A stretch of 63,557 bases of DNA, the filler included, from Dugesia japonica (Eukaryota): the NCBI GenBank assembly GCA_001938525.1. It is 5 parts of 5 records of this genome, joined end to end, with 100 filler letters (N's around TTAATTAATTAA, not from the genome) between each part and the next. Parts side by side here need not be neighbours in the genome. Positions count along the whole stretch, not along the records: positions 32,924 to 41,758 come from MQRL01637851.1; positions 41,859 to 54,942 come from MQRL01613832.1; 3 more parts are not named here. One strand, 5' to 3'. Shown piece by piece: positions 37,776-52,232 of the stretch; positions within the stretch are counted from its first letter, which is position 1, and every line of letters begins with the position of its first letter. Both the position numbers and the translations under genes were made by a program. The notes below the pieces were generated by a model. The model saw only the letters and a list, made by a program, of their open reading frames with translations. It had not been told where the DNA came from and made no database searches.

Positions 37776-39162
37776 CTGAAATGAATAAAAATATCTAAAT
37801 ATACATTAAATGGTAATTATGTTGTCTTAGTTCAATTTTCTACTTTCTTTATTAAATAATCATTAACACCTTACAAATCATTACCGAGATATCTCATGGA
37901 TTCTCCTTTTCGAAAAGAAAAGTTAACCGAAAATATAATAGAAATTATCTTTATGGAGATAATTATGATATAAATCACTTTATTTCACTAACTGATTTTA
38001 TTAAAATAAATAGTTAAATTTTCTCGATTTTTTTGGATATTTTATCTTCTTCAACTGTATAAGAAAGATTTCATTATTACAATGACATTGCCAATACTCA
38101 TACTAAAATTTATGTAATACTCGGAAATGGACAAATGAAAATTAGCATTATGGTTAATTTAATGTCAAAGATTTTTTACATAAATATTGATTCAAATTGT
38201 TAACTAATTTACTGTAATATGAACTAGAGTAATGGCCAAAAAATAATACTTTTATGCCACTGTGAGAGCATAGAAGTTACTTATTTATTTCTGAGAACAT
38301 TAATTTCATAAAAACAAATTTTAGCACAAATTAATCGTTATTTTTCTAAAAGAATTTTGTACTAGTTATTCTGATAAACAAAAAGGTCAGCAAGCAACCT
38401 TTCTAAAGAAATCAATTATTATCAGTTATTATGCTGAAAAACTGAAAAAAAGTTAATGTAAAAACTGCGTTGTTTTAAATTCTGAAAAATAAACTAAAAA
38501 CTACTAAAATCCATTTATAATTAATCTACGTCACATATCGTTAAATTCATATTTAAAAAATGCCAAAACGTAATCCAGGTTTAGAATTGCATTGGTGGAC
38601 TTTGAATTACAAAAACCCATCAAAAATTTTAAATTTATTGAGTTAAATTAATAATAAATATTTAGACAAAATTTATCAAATCATTTTAGCATATTAGGCT
38701 TTTATAAATAACTTTAAATAAAATTCCTACATGTTGAAAAAAATTAAGTTTTATTTAAATATTACTGTTAATATTTAAATATATATAAGAAGTCGATTAA
38801 ATCAATACAAAATCAAATCAAAAATTTTCTGGAATTTATTTAATAATTTGATCGAGCTTTGTAATTATTAAATACAGGTAAAACTTGATTTTTCATTTTT
38901 TATTTCTTCGCTTTTAACATAAAACTATAAATTATGACGTCACAATTATATATGAAATCATTTCTAATAAACTTTAAAAGTAAACTCAATCTTTATAACA
39001 CGAAAAATTACAAAATACTTNTTTCTATTATGTTTAAACATCAAAATTATGTTTAATGTAATGTTTTTGCAAAACTGCAACAAAATATAAAAATAATTTT
39101 TAAACGTTTCTAAAATACAAAAATATATAATTTGATTATTTACGTTAATTTATTAAATTTAC

Positions 39163-39378
39163 CTTAACTCCAATCTTCTCTAGCATTAATTTTTTATCTG
39201 ATTCAGAAGGACCAATATGACGCCTTATAAATTCGAATTTTTGATTTGTAAAACTATTTCCGTCACATAATGTTCTGTTAGATATTGACAAATATAATTT
39301 TGAATTTTTATTTAAAATTTCCAATGATTTTCGAAGTCTTTGATTAGATATAATTGACTTGCCAACAAACAAAGCCAT
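39163..39378 (-). CDS. GLDC: Glycine dehydrogenase, exon 1 (with mitochondrial transit-like peptide)
   Basis: Basic N-terminus then FIRRHIGPSESDKKLMLEKIG, the GcvP N-terminal motif; GTAAAT donor. Confidence 0.93.
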
Positions 39379-40283
39379 ATTTCAAAATAAAATAAAGTAC
39401 AATTAAATCAGTGTAAAATAAAATTAATAGTCACATGACTGAATTCAGCTGTATGCAGCCAATAGAATAATTATTAATCCATGACAAATTATTTCTTGAA
39501 TCTATATTTAAATTAATGCTTAATTATTAAACGTATTGATGGCCATAAAAATTATAAAATTATATAAGTTCTATTCAATCGAATAATATTAATTGATTAA
39601 TTATAAAATATGAAATAATTTTCCTATTTCAAACGGTTAATGAAGAATACACACTAAACTGTCAAAAATATAAGTATTTAACAAAACAAAGAAGTCTAAT
39701 AGTTGGAATGTACAATAGAAAATATGTTGAATTTCATCTAGAAAAATTTAGAAATTTTGTAAAAATAACAAATTTTTTCTTTAATAAATTAAGATACAGA
39801 ATTATGGAGAAAAATTTCAAGAGTTGAAGAATATGTAAAAAATATAAAATTCTCTCCCAGTGCGTATACATTGTTGAGACCTACTGCAATATACGGACTC
39901 AGAAGCTGAAATAACGTGGTGCTAGAAGACAATATGCATATTTGCCAGTACCAATACAAAGAGGTTTAAATACATATTGATGACCATCAGAAAATNTGAA
40001 CTAATTTATTTTGAAATTTATCAAGACTCAGTTACAAAGTCGATATATCAACATCTTTTAGATCAAGAGTTGTTCAGATTCAGTGACGCGTTTACGTATA
40101 AGTGCGATCGAACGAAAAAAAAATTTTATTTTTAAAAAAAACGTGAATTTTGACATAAATAACTTATTGTAACTTATTAGCATTCACAAAAATAAAAATA
40201 TTTAACAAATATATTTAATAAATAAATATATTTAACATACCATTTATTTAATTTCCATAAATAATCTTTTAATCATTAAATTT

Positions 40284-40535
40284 TAATGGGAAGTGTGGAT
40301 TTCTATTTTCGAAAAAAGTTTTGTGATTCTTGGTTTTATGCTGGACAAGCAAACTTAGATCTTCCCATTAATCATCTGTAGCCGCTGATGTTTATCAGAT
40401 TTAATATCTGTCAATGTAGAAAATCCTTGTTCAACAGATAGGAAGAACCAAATGTCATCAAAGCTCCAATAGATCTTGTGCTTAATTCAGAATATTGATT
40501 ATGGAGGGAAATCCAGAACGTTGATAATTTCAGTT
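40284..40535 (-). mobile_element. hAT (Buster/Charlie-like) transposase C-terminal relic
   Basis: FWISLHNQYSELST...TFGSS..EQGFSTLTDIK...CLSSIKPRITKL...SH*. Confidence 0.75.
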
Positions 40536-41758
40536 CTGAATCTAGATTCTAGAATTTTTTAAAAATTTAAAATCTTTTATGGCACACAGTTTGTGAGACA
40601 CTGATTTATAATAATACTGTTATTTGCTATGGGATATAAATACTCAATTCTAAAAGAACAATTACGGTGAGAAATCAACCTCAGAATGGTAAACATGAAG
40701 AATAACGAGTTTGTGAAACATTTATAAACAATGATATTTTAAAAAATATAACACTAGTTTTGTACAAGTCAAGTAACTGGTTGAATTACTATGTTAGTTA
40801 TAATGCTGTTTTTTATTATTTTCACCATCTTCTTCGTCAACCAGATATGGAACAAACTTAGACATCTTTTGCTTGATCTACACTGTCTAACTCTCGACTT
40901 GTATCTTGTGCTCCACCTGTTGATTTTTTTTAACATGAGCTGTGGTGGTAGGAACAGGTGAATGCAGGAGATATTGCGAGACTTGTGCGAATAATCCCAC
41001 CGGTTCATTGTTTCTTCTCTCATATTCCTTCTCAATCTACATTATCTAGTTTATGTGCGCGGTGTTTATTCGATTTATCTCCTTTTCCAATTCTCTAATT
41101 CGGCCATATTTGATATAAGCAGGATTTGCAGGTAAATGAAGCAATAAAACTGTTCACACTAATAATTTAATTATTGATAAGTTAAATGTTTTTGTAATTA
41201 TATAATTGATCAGCAGCCAAATGAATTTATTAATTTTGTTGGGCTTCGAGGTTTTTGATGTTATTTCAAAGTTTATTTCTCGTTCTTATTAGCGTTTAAT
41301 CTGCTTTACTTTATTACTATTTAACCTATAGAGGTAGATACCCCGAAAGCCGGCAGAAATTTGACAACAAAACATGTATTGTTCATCTACCCCCTGGTTC
41401 ATGTGGACTATGCTGTATCCCATCCTTGAGAAAGTCGCCTTGTTGTTGTTATTGCTCAGATTCATTTCGTTAGATTTTAAGTCTAGTTTAGGTTATAGTC
41501 AGCATTAAATTATTTACAAACTTTACTAGTTAACACTGAAAGGCTGAAATTGGATTTCATTTGGAAAACATTTTATTATTTTTCTTAATTTTCATTTAAA
41601 CTTTAAGACCAAATTTTCGCTCACTTTTATATATTAAAAAGTTTAACTTTATTATTCAATAATTTTAATTTATACTTAAACAAAGTATTTGCTTATTTCA
41701 ATTTTTCATCAATAATTTAAATCTCTCTTTTAAACAAAAGATTTTAAAAATAAGATCA

Positions 41759-41858
41759 NNNNNNNNNNNNNNNNNNNNNNNNNNNNNNNNNNNNNNNNNN
41801 NNTTAATTAATTAANNNNNNNNNNNNNNNNNNNNNNNNNNNNNNNNNNNNNNNNNNNN
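41759..41858. other. Artificial contig linker
   Basis: 44N-TTAATTAATTAA-44N. Confidence 0.97.
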
Positions 41859-42328
41859 ATTTATCAAATTTTAAAATTTAAGTAAATTAGGGTTTCTGAC
41901 AATTATATTTGAAAATAGAATCAATTTAAAATCTTACGGAGTAAATCCCGAACCTCTCACATGTTTCGTTTTAGAGAAGGTTAACGTGCTAGATTAACGT
42001 GGTAGATTTGCGAATGCAGAATTATCTCGAAATTTTGTATTTGTCAATGTTTCATTGGTGCAAAGATTTTTGGAACATTTTATTGGATTTTTCTCTTTAT
42101 GAATTTGATGTTTAGTGTGTATGATTAGCATATATAAACGAATATAATTTTGCAAAAATTTGCCAAATTGGTCGAAGATTTATCTTTTAAATATTGGTGT
42201 TTTTTTGTTTAAAATAAAACTTTGTGGATTTTCGAGTTTGTATTACTGTGGATAAAGATTTTTTTTAAGTTGGGTAATCGATTATTTACGTCTATTCTGT
42301 AGACGCACTTCAATTTAACTTTGTGGAG

Positions 42329-45300
42329 TCAGCGAACCCAACAGAAACAAGAATTGAAAAGATTTGGTGTCGTCTTTGGTGCCGTCTTCTCTGCTACTTG
42401 TTGGTTCCAGTTTTCCCTTGTTATTTTTTTTCCAAAGATAAATTCCACTGGACTGGTATTTAAAGATTTTTGCCACGTCGAATTTAATGCAAATTTTATT
42501 TCTGGCAGTAATTCAGCCCAATCTGTACTCTTTCTGTCTTCTAATGTTGCATTTAACAAATCCCGTACTTCCTGAACTGTCTCTCGATTTGCCCATTCGT
42601 ATTATGGTGCTACGGCCTCAAAAAACATAATTCTACGTTCCATCTCTTGGAAAATTCGTCCATTGTCTTCGATTCGAAAAACCTCCACAGTCCACGTGAA
42701 TTCGCATTGGACAACCAAACTTGAGTAGCCAATTATGCAAAATAACTTTCTGGATTGTGTTCTNNNNNNNNNNNNNNNNNNNNNNNNNNNNNNNNNNNNN
42801 NNNNNNNNNNNNNNNNNNNNNNNNNNNNNNNNNNNNNNNNNNNNNNNNNNNNNNNNNNNNNNNNNNNNNNNNNNNNNATATATCTGTGAAGATCTCTGTG
42901 GCTTGTACTTTCGCTGTTTCTTCTTTGGTTTTTACAGTCAAGACTTTGTGTTTCTGACATGCCTATGATGCGCTTATGATTTGTCTGATCTTTGTCTTCA
43001 GATTCTTTATTTGATATCTGTCCTTCATATATTGGAACACCNNNNNNNNNNNNNNNNNNNNNNNNNNNNNNNNNNNNNNNNNNNNNNNNNNCACCTTTTC
43101 CGGACCCACGTGTGTGAGTAGTCTATGCGTCTTCTGAATAGCCTCCTCGGCTTCTTTCTCTAACACTCCTTCTGTGTCGCTATACAGGTCATTCTCTATT
43201 ACATTCAGCCTCCGCGTTCTAGGTTTCTCTAGTTTAGCTTCTTTGTGTTGGGTTTGACATTGTACGCAAGTCTCGCATTCTGGTCTTGGCACCATGTCCG
43301 CATTACTATGTAGTTCCCCCTTTCGATATTCGATACTCATGTCCAGGCTGTTTAGGAAATTTAATCAATTTTGAAACTGCGCTGTGATCGGTTTCTTCGT
43401 AGATAACATGAATGATAGTGCCTTGTGGTTTGTGCGTAGCCGGAATTTTCTACCGTATAAATGATAATTAAAATGTTTACAAAAGTAAAATTTGGCAAGA
43501 AGTTCCTTCCTTGTCACGCAATAGCCTCTTTCATGATTGTTTAATGAGTGTGACCCGTATGTTATCACCCTCTCTCTGCCATTGACATCTTTCTGCGACA
43601 AAACTGCTCCTTTTGCGCCGAAACTGGCGTCTGTATCGAGGGTAAAATCTTTTATAAGGTCCGGGAATCCCAAAACTGGGCTTTTAGTAAGCCCCATTTT
43701 TAAATTCTCGAATGCTTCCTCTGCCATTTGATTCCAGTCTAGTTTTTTGCTAGTCCATCCACAATCCTTTCTAGAATTCCTGCTGTTTCCGCATATCCTT
43801 CTATGAATTTGCGGTAATAATTGCAAATCCCTAAAAAGCTCCTTAAGTTTTTTATGCATTTCGGCTTATTATAATTTTTGATAGCATCTATTTTCCCCGG
43901 ATCTGTGTATATTCCTTCCTTGCTGATAATATGACCCAAAAATCTTACCTCTTCTCTCAAAAATTTGCATTTTATTGGATTGATCCTCAGCCCTGCTTCT
44001 CTAATTCTACCCAGTACCTGTTTGAGTCTCTCATAATGATTTTCTACCTTATCGGAAAAAACCAGAATATCGTCCAAGTAGACCAACGCACATTTAATAT
44101 TGCCAATAACCTGGTTCATGATCTTTTGGAAAGTACCCGGCGCTGCCGCTATCCCAAAAGGCATACGATTAAAACAGAATTGACCTTTTTTGGTCGAGAA
44201 TGCTGTCTTATTCTGGGATTCTTTGTACAGTTCTACCTGGTAATAGGCATTACCCAGGTCAATTGTACTAAATAATCTCGCCCCTCCAAGCTGGTTCAAA
44301 AGTTCATTCACGTTTGGTATCGGAAATGCCGGTCTCTCGGTCACCGCATTAAGTTGTCTGAAAACCAAACATAGTCTTACCTCCTGTTTGTCCTTCTTCC
44401 AGATGCAAATTATTGGCATATTTCATGGGGATTGGCATTCTCTGATGATTCTGTTCTCGTATAGATTTATGATGGTCTCCTCAATTTTTGCTTCCAAGTT
44501 CATCGGTTGTCTGAATGGTCTAACATTGATTGGTTTGCCTGTTGTTCTGATCACATGTTTTGCCAGGTAAGTCCGTCCGATATCCCAGTTGTCGGCCATA
44601 AATTCTTCTTCATACGCTTGTATGATGTTTCCTAACGCTGACTCTGAATCTATTTTCAAGGCTTCTAACGCTACCCTTGCTCTTTTGCCATGGCTAACAC
44701 GTCTACCAAATTTTGCTTCTANNNNNNNNNNNNNNNNNNNNNNNNNNNNNNNNNNNNNNNNNNNNNNNNNNNNNNNNNNNNNNNNNNNNNNNNNNNNNNN
44801 NNNNNNNNNNNNNNNNNNNNNNCTGGGGTCACCGATCTGACTATAATAAATCTAACCTTCTCCAACATGTCTTCAATCTTTACTTTCATCGTCACTTTGC
44901 CTATCGTCTCCAATTTACTATCATTAACGCATCTCAGTTTTCCTCACAATTTTCGATCTCTATGTCTTTCAACTTCTTTACTTTATTCCAACTCATCCCA
45001 CTTATTTTGGCTCCTGTATCTAAAAGACACTCAAAAACCTGTCCAGCCATCTTAACTGTGACGCTGGGTCTCCCCTGCATTTTGTCGTAGTGTTATATCG
45101 TTGCTGACACGTCTGCAATTACTCCTATCGCATCGTCGTCTCTTTCTTCCTCTGTCCCAAAGCTTTCTCTCTTCAAAAATTTATATACCTTCTCTGCCAN
45201 NNNNNNNNNNNNNNNNNNNNNNNNNNNNNNNNNNNNNNNNNNNNNNNNNNNNNNNNNNNNNNNNNNNNNNNNNNNNNNNNNNNNNNNNNNNNNNNNNNNN

Positions 45301-45680
45301 NNNNNNNNNNNCTCCAAGCTTGTCGTGTCTTCCTGGTCTTCTGCATGTATTCCGTTCATTCTATAATTTCCGCCCTGTGCTCTGTTTCGTTGTCTGTGAT
45401 CGTCCCGCTCCAAGTTGTTACTGCTGCAAAGTCTCTGTGTGTGACAATCTACCGTGTAGTGTCCTTTTTTTCCACACTTTGCACACTTACTATTTCGACA
45501 AAATCTACGAATGTGCCCTGCCTGTCCATACATGAAACACTTTGGTATTATCTCTGTTCGGGCATTCTCGGCGGATGTGTCCCATCTTGTGACACGACCA
45601 ACATTCTATCTGGCTGATTTAATTTTCTCTGGTAGTGTTCCTCATAAATGTCCTGGCCTGGTTGCCATGTTAACTTGATT
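42329..45680 (-). mobile_element. Ty3/Gypsy LTR retrotransposon internal region (gag CCHC, PR, RT, RH, IN), disrupted, no LTRs seen
   Basis: CAKCGKKGHYTVDC knuckle; FLDTGA protease; MPFGIAAAPGTFQ and VYLDDIL RT; LDTDAS...YCVTRKELLA RNase H; FGCPMRIHVDCG and WAELLPEIKFALNST integrase. Stops and frameshifts present. Confidence 0.96.
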
Positions 45681-45956
45681 ATAATCCGAAGACAAATCCA
45701 TAAAATATATTAATTCAAAAATATAACTTATCTGAAAAACTGAATATTAAAACAACGATATTAAACATTAATTTGATATCATTTATTTTAATTCTGATTT
45801 TCAATTTTAAATAATATTTCATAGCTATATTATTGTGTATAGAACTATTGGTATAACTATAATATTGGTGTTATCAAAATCATTATAACTCATTACTAAA
45901 CTCACGCATTGTTGATTTGTCTTGGCCAAATCCCTCAAGGTATCTCAACATATAAT

Positions 45957-47257
45957 TAGGGTTTAACACGCGAATATATTCGTCTTATACTTTTTGAATA
46001 ATTGTGCAAATATCTAGTATTCGATATTCGAGTACCATTTATCATTAATCAGTGAATACGAGTAGGTTCATGATTCAGCTTTAAAAATTTATGCTTTAAT
46101 TTTTTAAGAGATGTTGCTACTTAGGTTAATAAATTTAATGAATTTGAAAATGGTTAATTATTTGTTGAAAATTAGGAACAAGACCACCGAATTATTCTTC
46201 AGCCAAATTATGACAAGGCAATAAAAGAAATTCGAAAAGTTGTGGATTTTACCCACAAAAAATAGCATTTAACAGCAACATCTGAATTTAAAAGGAAATT
46301 AGTTTAATAAGAGATATTAAAACCAGATTCTCTTGAAGCTATGGTTTATTTATCATGCTATACAGCTGTATAAAAATCNGTCTGAATTGAATGCTATTGC
46401 TATTGAAAAGATTCAAGACAATAATTTGACTACTCTCAAAGATATGTTAGCAATTCTGTCTCCTTTAAAAGTTGTTGTTAAACCACTTAACAGGGATGAT
46501 ACCACATTACTAACTTACGAAACCATTCTAAAATTTTAATGAATAAGTTGCCAAAAGGACACTCTAAACTAGCTTAAATTTTTAAGAGGTTTTATTCAGT
46601 GGTATAAACCAGAGAAGACATAAATCGATGGTATCACTTTTTATATTTTGTCTAATTTATCTTCATCAGAAGAAAATACATGGTTTCCTTATTCACCAAT
46701 AAACGTGACATTAGCATACGCCGAAGAACTAATAAAACAATTATTTCCAACAGAAATAACTGAACAATAAAGTAATGGTGAAGAAGGTGCAGAAATTTTA
46801 TGTATTCGCGCCGAACATGAACCTGAACCTACACATAGATTACTCTCAGTTTCCGATGAGATGAATTTAGTAATACAAAAAAGCCAATATTCTACAATGC
46901 TTATTAATGGAGATCATTTTAATTTTTTAAGCAAAGAATTTCAAATTTATGAAGCCACTGGAATAAGATCTAGAAATATTGGATATAATATATAATGGCC
47001 TTCTAACAGTGAAGCCAACTTGAGCCAAGAGCAAACGAGTATTTTCAATATCCGAAATTGTGGTGTCAAAATTAAGAACCAGAATGAAAAACGAAACTAT
47101 AAATACTATTGTATTTTTAAAGAGTTGTTTTCAATCTCATTTATAAATGAATAATAAATAAATNATTTTAATGAATAAATGATTTTTTAATTTCATGTTT
47201 TTAGCATTTTGTTAAATTATTTGAATATCCGAAAACCACGAAAAGTGTTAAACCCTA
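45957..47257 (+). mobile_element. hAT DNA transposon, internally deleted
   Basis: TIRs TAGGGTTTAACAC and GTGTTAAACCCTA. 8-bp TSD CATATAAT/CAGATAAT (7 of 8). Dimerisation-domain relic VKPT*AKSKRVFS...KLRTRM...IVFLK. Confidence 0.92.
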
Positions 47258-49090
47258 CAGATAATCCTCCATAACAAGATATTCGTGTGAGTACTATTGC
47301 GCCTTATTTGATAATTTAAACAGGAAATTCTAATAATAATTTATAACATAATTATCTCAGTTAATGATTTTTAATTAAATACATAAAATGATTAAGGAAT
47401 ACAATTTTTCAAGCTAACTAAATTCTCATTATTTTAGTTACATGTCATAGTAAGGTTAATTGCTTAGTAAATAATAGTAAATTAATTACCCATAGCCATA
47501 ATTCTCGAATAATAATAATAATAAATGGTAGTGATGGTAATAATAATTATTTTAAGGATAAAATGATACGTGACAGTCACCATACCCCAAAATATTGGAA
47601 AATAGTGACAACCATGACAATGGTCAATTTAATTTGAGTAATAATAACTATGATACAAATGATGATCATTAAGGAGAGCAAATAAGTGGTTAATAAGGTG
47701 TTCCAGACAGGAATAAGAATTATCAAACAAATAAATAATTCGTTTCACGAGATACCAAATAATCCACGAAGTAATTCGAAATATTAAGATTTAAAAAGGA
47801 GAATCTGGATCTATAAAAGCCAAGGAGAGAAAGATTTTTATTAGCGAACAAGAAGATGATCAGTAATGACAAAGATTATGGAGTCGTTGACAAATAATTT
47901 AAATCGACTCAATAACTTACAAGCTCGATCCGGATATTGCAACAAACCAAAGCAAGTATTATAAAAGATAAGAACATAAACCAAAGAAATACGAACATGC
48001 ACTCAAACTACGGGCTGCAAGTCAACGACTCTATTTCAAAGATCTAGATATGAATAGTAGATTTAAATCTTTAGGGGTTTAACTGAGTCATATAATCTCA
48101 TGACATTTCCTAAATTTTAACTGTTCTAGTCTAACAATTAGATCTACGTAAAATCCATCTCTTATAAGTGAAATTCTAAGGTTATTGGTTTCTTTGTAAA
48201 TGTTGGGAATAACCTTTTATAGGACGTTAAATTAAATTAATGACTGTCATAAAATTATGAAAGTTAAAATGTTGTACATACACCCTTGTGTTTAACTAAA
48301 ATGAAAGATAATCGTAAATCTGATTGACTAAATAAAGTACATTAAACGTTTCTATTTCCGATGGATATCCCTTAGCAAAATAAGTAACAGTAAAGGAGGA
48401 ATATCAGAGAAAAACCATTATAAACCTCTGAACTTTGAGAAGTTTAAGATAAGATTACAGAACTCTCTGGGTAACAAAATTGTTTTAACAGCGTTTATTT
48501 ATTTTTTGTATTAGTATCCAGAACTAAAACTACTTCAATAAAAGTATTACAATAAAAAGTCCCACTGCACAAAAATTATCAGATAAAATATGGGAAATTT
48601 AGGTGATTCACTGAATCAAGAAATATATTACATAATTCATTAATAATATACATACGGGGTACATTAATCACAAAATGCATACGTGTCAAATCAATCTTTA
48701 ATATTGAGAAATATATCCTTTACACATTTGGTATTTTCGTTAAAATTTATTTTGAGAAACGGTTTAGATGATTTTTTATAATAATTTTTAAAAAAGAACT
48801 TCTCAATAACGGTCTTGGTTTTGGAACGTATTAAAAATGTTAACCGGATTTTAAAGGACATTCGAACGATTAATTTAATGAAATGGAAATATTAAATATA
48901 CTAAATGAATAAGAAAATAATTCTAAATGAAATATGAAATTTAAAAATTAACTTTAAAACAAAATTTCATATTTAACTTATTATTAAACTTTCAATAAAA
49001 TTTAATATAAAGTAATGTAATTTTAATGTAAAGTAAATTTGTTTGTTTAATACAATATTTATTTAAAAATTTAAAATATTAAATTTTATC

Positions 49091-52000
49091 ATGAGTTTTC
49101 TTGAATCTCAAGTTTCTGATTTATCAAGATTTGAAATAGGTTTATCTAAATTAGAATTAGATATTATTAATTTATTCCATAAAATTAAATTACATTTTTT
49201 AAAATCAAATCCATTGAATTATGATTATTTAGTAGCGCATTTACATAATTGTATAAAATTGTTTAATGACCTGAAAATTGATTCTGTACAACTTAAGAAT
49301 AGTGTCAAATCACTTTTTGATGATAATTTTACTCATTTCTATTACGATTTTGTTGAAATTATGGAAAAAGTAACATTTAAATTTTCAAATGCACTTTATA
49401 TTTTTTAGATACAGAAAGAAAACTGTAGAGTAGATATAAAAAATATGCTTTTGAGTACTCGTGATGTTAATTTTCGAGTTCGTAAAGACTTAAAATTTAC
49501 AATTCTCAATGATGGTGGTCCTAGTTATAGAATTTTACCTTCTGATTATAACCATAAAACGTGTAGTGGTCGTGTTCATTTAACCAATTGCAGTGATTGC
49601 TTGAATAACGATTACATATGTTTTCCTTCGATGATATCTGAAGATACTTCTGCTGTATCGTCAAAGAAAAATATGCACGAGGAACAGATAAATAAACTGG
49701 AAGATGAAAGATATGAAGTTGACATGTTTCAAGAAATAAATAAATATGCTCTAAAGCATTTATGTGAAATAAATAAGAGAATGGAAACTATGTCAAAAGA
49801 GGAGAAGTTAAAATTCCAACTTGATGATAGTATAGGTGGCTCATCTGCTATTTTAATGAGAAAAGCGATATTTAGGTACGTCTAACCTTAAGATATTATT
49901 TAAAACAATGAATAATAGAATCTATGGAGATGCTACTGATAATATGATTGAGGGCCTCAAAGTTCGACCAAAAATGGCAATTCCTTTAGTTATAAGTAGA
50001 ATGCAGGAGAAGGCAAAAGAGTGGAATCAAATTCATTCAAAATTTAAGATGGTGTGGGAAGATAGGGCTAACAAACATTATTGGCAGTCTCTTGATTATC
50101 AAGGAGATTGGACTAAACGCGATGCTGTATTTTTAAAGCGCTCTGTCTTTTTTTCGCAAATCGACAGCTTATCTAAAGTAATTTTACAAAATTCTTTCAA
50201 TTCCATGATAAAAGTTTAGGGATTTCTGACAACAAGTCGTAATTTTTTAAACAGTGATTTTGTTAGATTTTTATCTAAAACTGATACAAACTTTGTTTAT
50301 GACCATATGGTTCACACACAAAATATTCCGAAAGGAATTTATGGAAATATATTAGAAACGCCTGTTAATTTTCAATCATTAATAGGTCCTCATTTAACTT
50401 TGTTATTTCCCGCGGAATCAGAATTATTCGGATCTAATACTGGTATTTCTATGAAAGACATAATTGAAAATTCCAATAAATTGATAATGAATCAAATTCA
50501 TTTTCAAAATAATTTGTCTAAGGAAGATAAACATTTGCTTTTTAATTTTGTATATTCTTATAAAATTAATAATTATTTACAATGTATATTAGTTTAATCA
50601 GATTGTTGGTTATTTTTTTGGCACTTCTGGTATTAATATTTCCAATTTTATGGATGATGTGAATAAAGAATCAAAGGACAGAAATCATAATTCTACACCT
50701 TTGGATAGAAAATTCAAATGTAAAAGAATACATAATGATAAGGACGATTATGTAATTATTTATTTTACGATTATTATTTATTTTACGATTAATTAAAGGT
50801 CATTGAGAATAAAAGTTTGAAGATGAGTGATGGTACAAAATCACACAATTATGAAATACGACCAAACCCATTAAAATACAAACTTATGATTGGAAATTCT
50901 TACATGTATTTGATTAATTAATTTATAGATTTATTTTGTTTAGGTACACATTTCTGAGACTTTTTCATGTTTTAATTGATAGATTATCAGTTCTTAAAAT
51001 TTATAGTAGTAAAACATTTCAAGATGATAATGATTTGGATGATTTTATTGGTAAGTACTTATTTTATCAAAATACCAAGCTAGAATTTTCTTGCAGAAAA
51101 TGGCTCCAATGAGGAAAATGATTGTTATAATAAAGTATTGAAGATATTGATTGATAATAATGAATTAAATTCTGAAGCATCATCGACTATTGACAATAAG
51201 ATTCGAATCTTGTATAATACAAAAACGTTTTTATGGCTTACAATACCCAGAATTGTCCAACAAATTGTGAAAGTATCACAACAAATAGTGTGTACCGGCT
51301 TGGAATCTAGTAAAGATCTCTTGGATATTTATTATTTTCATTCAAAGTGTGACCCAAGGTAAATTCTATATCTTAGATAATTTAAATTAGTTTTAAAGCG
51401 GAACTGGAGGCTTGATGACTAATCGAGAACTGTATTTACCACAAGAAATTAAATACGTTAATGAATCGATTGATTTTTGTATTAGCCAAGGATTGCTTTG
51501 CTTTCTTTTTGTTTTTTTTAGACAAGAAGGTCGTTTATTAATTCAAATGATAGATACAGATAGTATGAAAAAATTTAATGGATCTTCAAGTACTTTAGCT
51601 TATATAAATTATTTTATTAGTATGAATAGATGCATATTCTGAATGTGAGTCGCCATCTCCTGATTTCTTAAAGCCTATGCCTGAAAACATTCATCAGTTT
51701 AGCTTAAATTTATATGGGAAAACATTAGAAGAAATTTCAAAAAATAAATCTTGTCAATTATTTTTGACGAAAAATTTAAAAAGAGGAATTCGTAAAATGA
51801 CTGATAATCTTTTAAATTATTGGAAATTTCGGTCTATTAGTCGCAATTTCCCATCAATGGAAGAAGTTATAGATACATTCATAATTTTCTAATTTACTGT
51901 TTTAGATAATTTATATGAAAAATAAAAGCAATATTATGGATTGTTTATCAAATCCGATTAATGAAGTCTTTTTAATTTTTTTTTGAAAAATCTGATATCG

Positions 52001-52232
52001 TTTTTAGCTTTATAGAAGTGCATTCGTCGGAGCCGGTGACATTTATGATTCCTTATTTAATAAAAATCTTAAGGGTTTAATGAAAAATGGTTATTTACTT
52101 AAAAAGAATGCTTTTTCTAAAAAAGTCAGTAATTCATATTTTTTGATGTGATAATTTTAAAATTAGAAGTCACCGAAAGTTAATACTAAAAGAACACTGG
52201 AAGAAATTCTAAATTGCTTGAAAAGTGTTTAA
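49091..52232 (+). CDS. SIN3: Sin3-like corepressor (single PAH3-like domain, HDAC-interaction domain, Sin3_C), multi-exon with mini-introns
   Basis: GPSYRILP...CSGR...LNNDYICFPS..SED...KKNMHEEQINKLEDERYEVDM (HID), AIFRIYGD, YWQSLDYQG, GNSYMYTFLRLFHVLIDRL (Sin3_C). GT-AG introns at 49370-49408, 49876-49918 and 50178-50219. 3' exons less certain; AATAAA follows the stop. Confidence 0.88.

Noticed and set aside
43042-43091. Apparent insertion in the Gypsy integrase zinc finger
   Set aside because: CACC is repeated on both sides of the 50 N. The flanks overlap to read GPEKVFQYMK, so this is a scaffolding gap.
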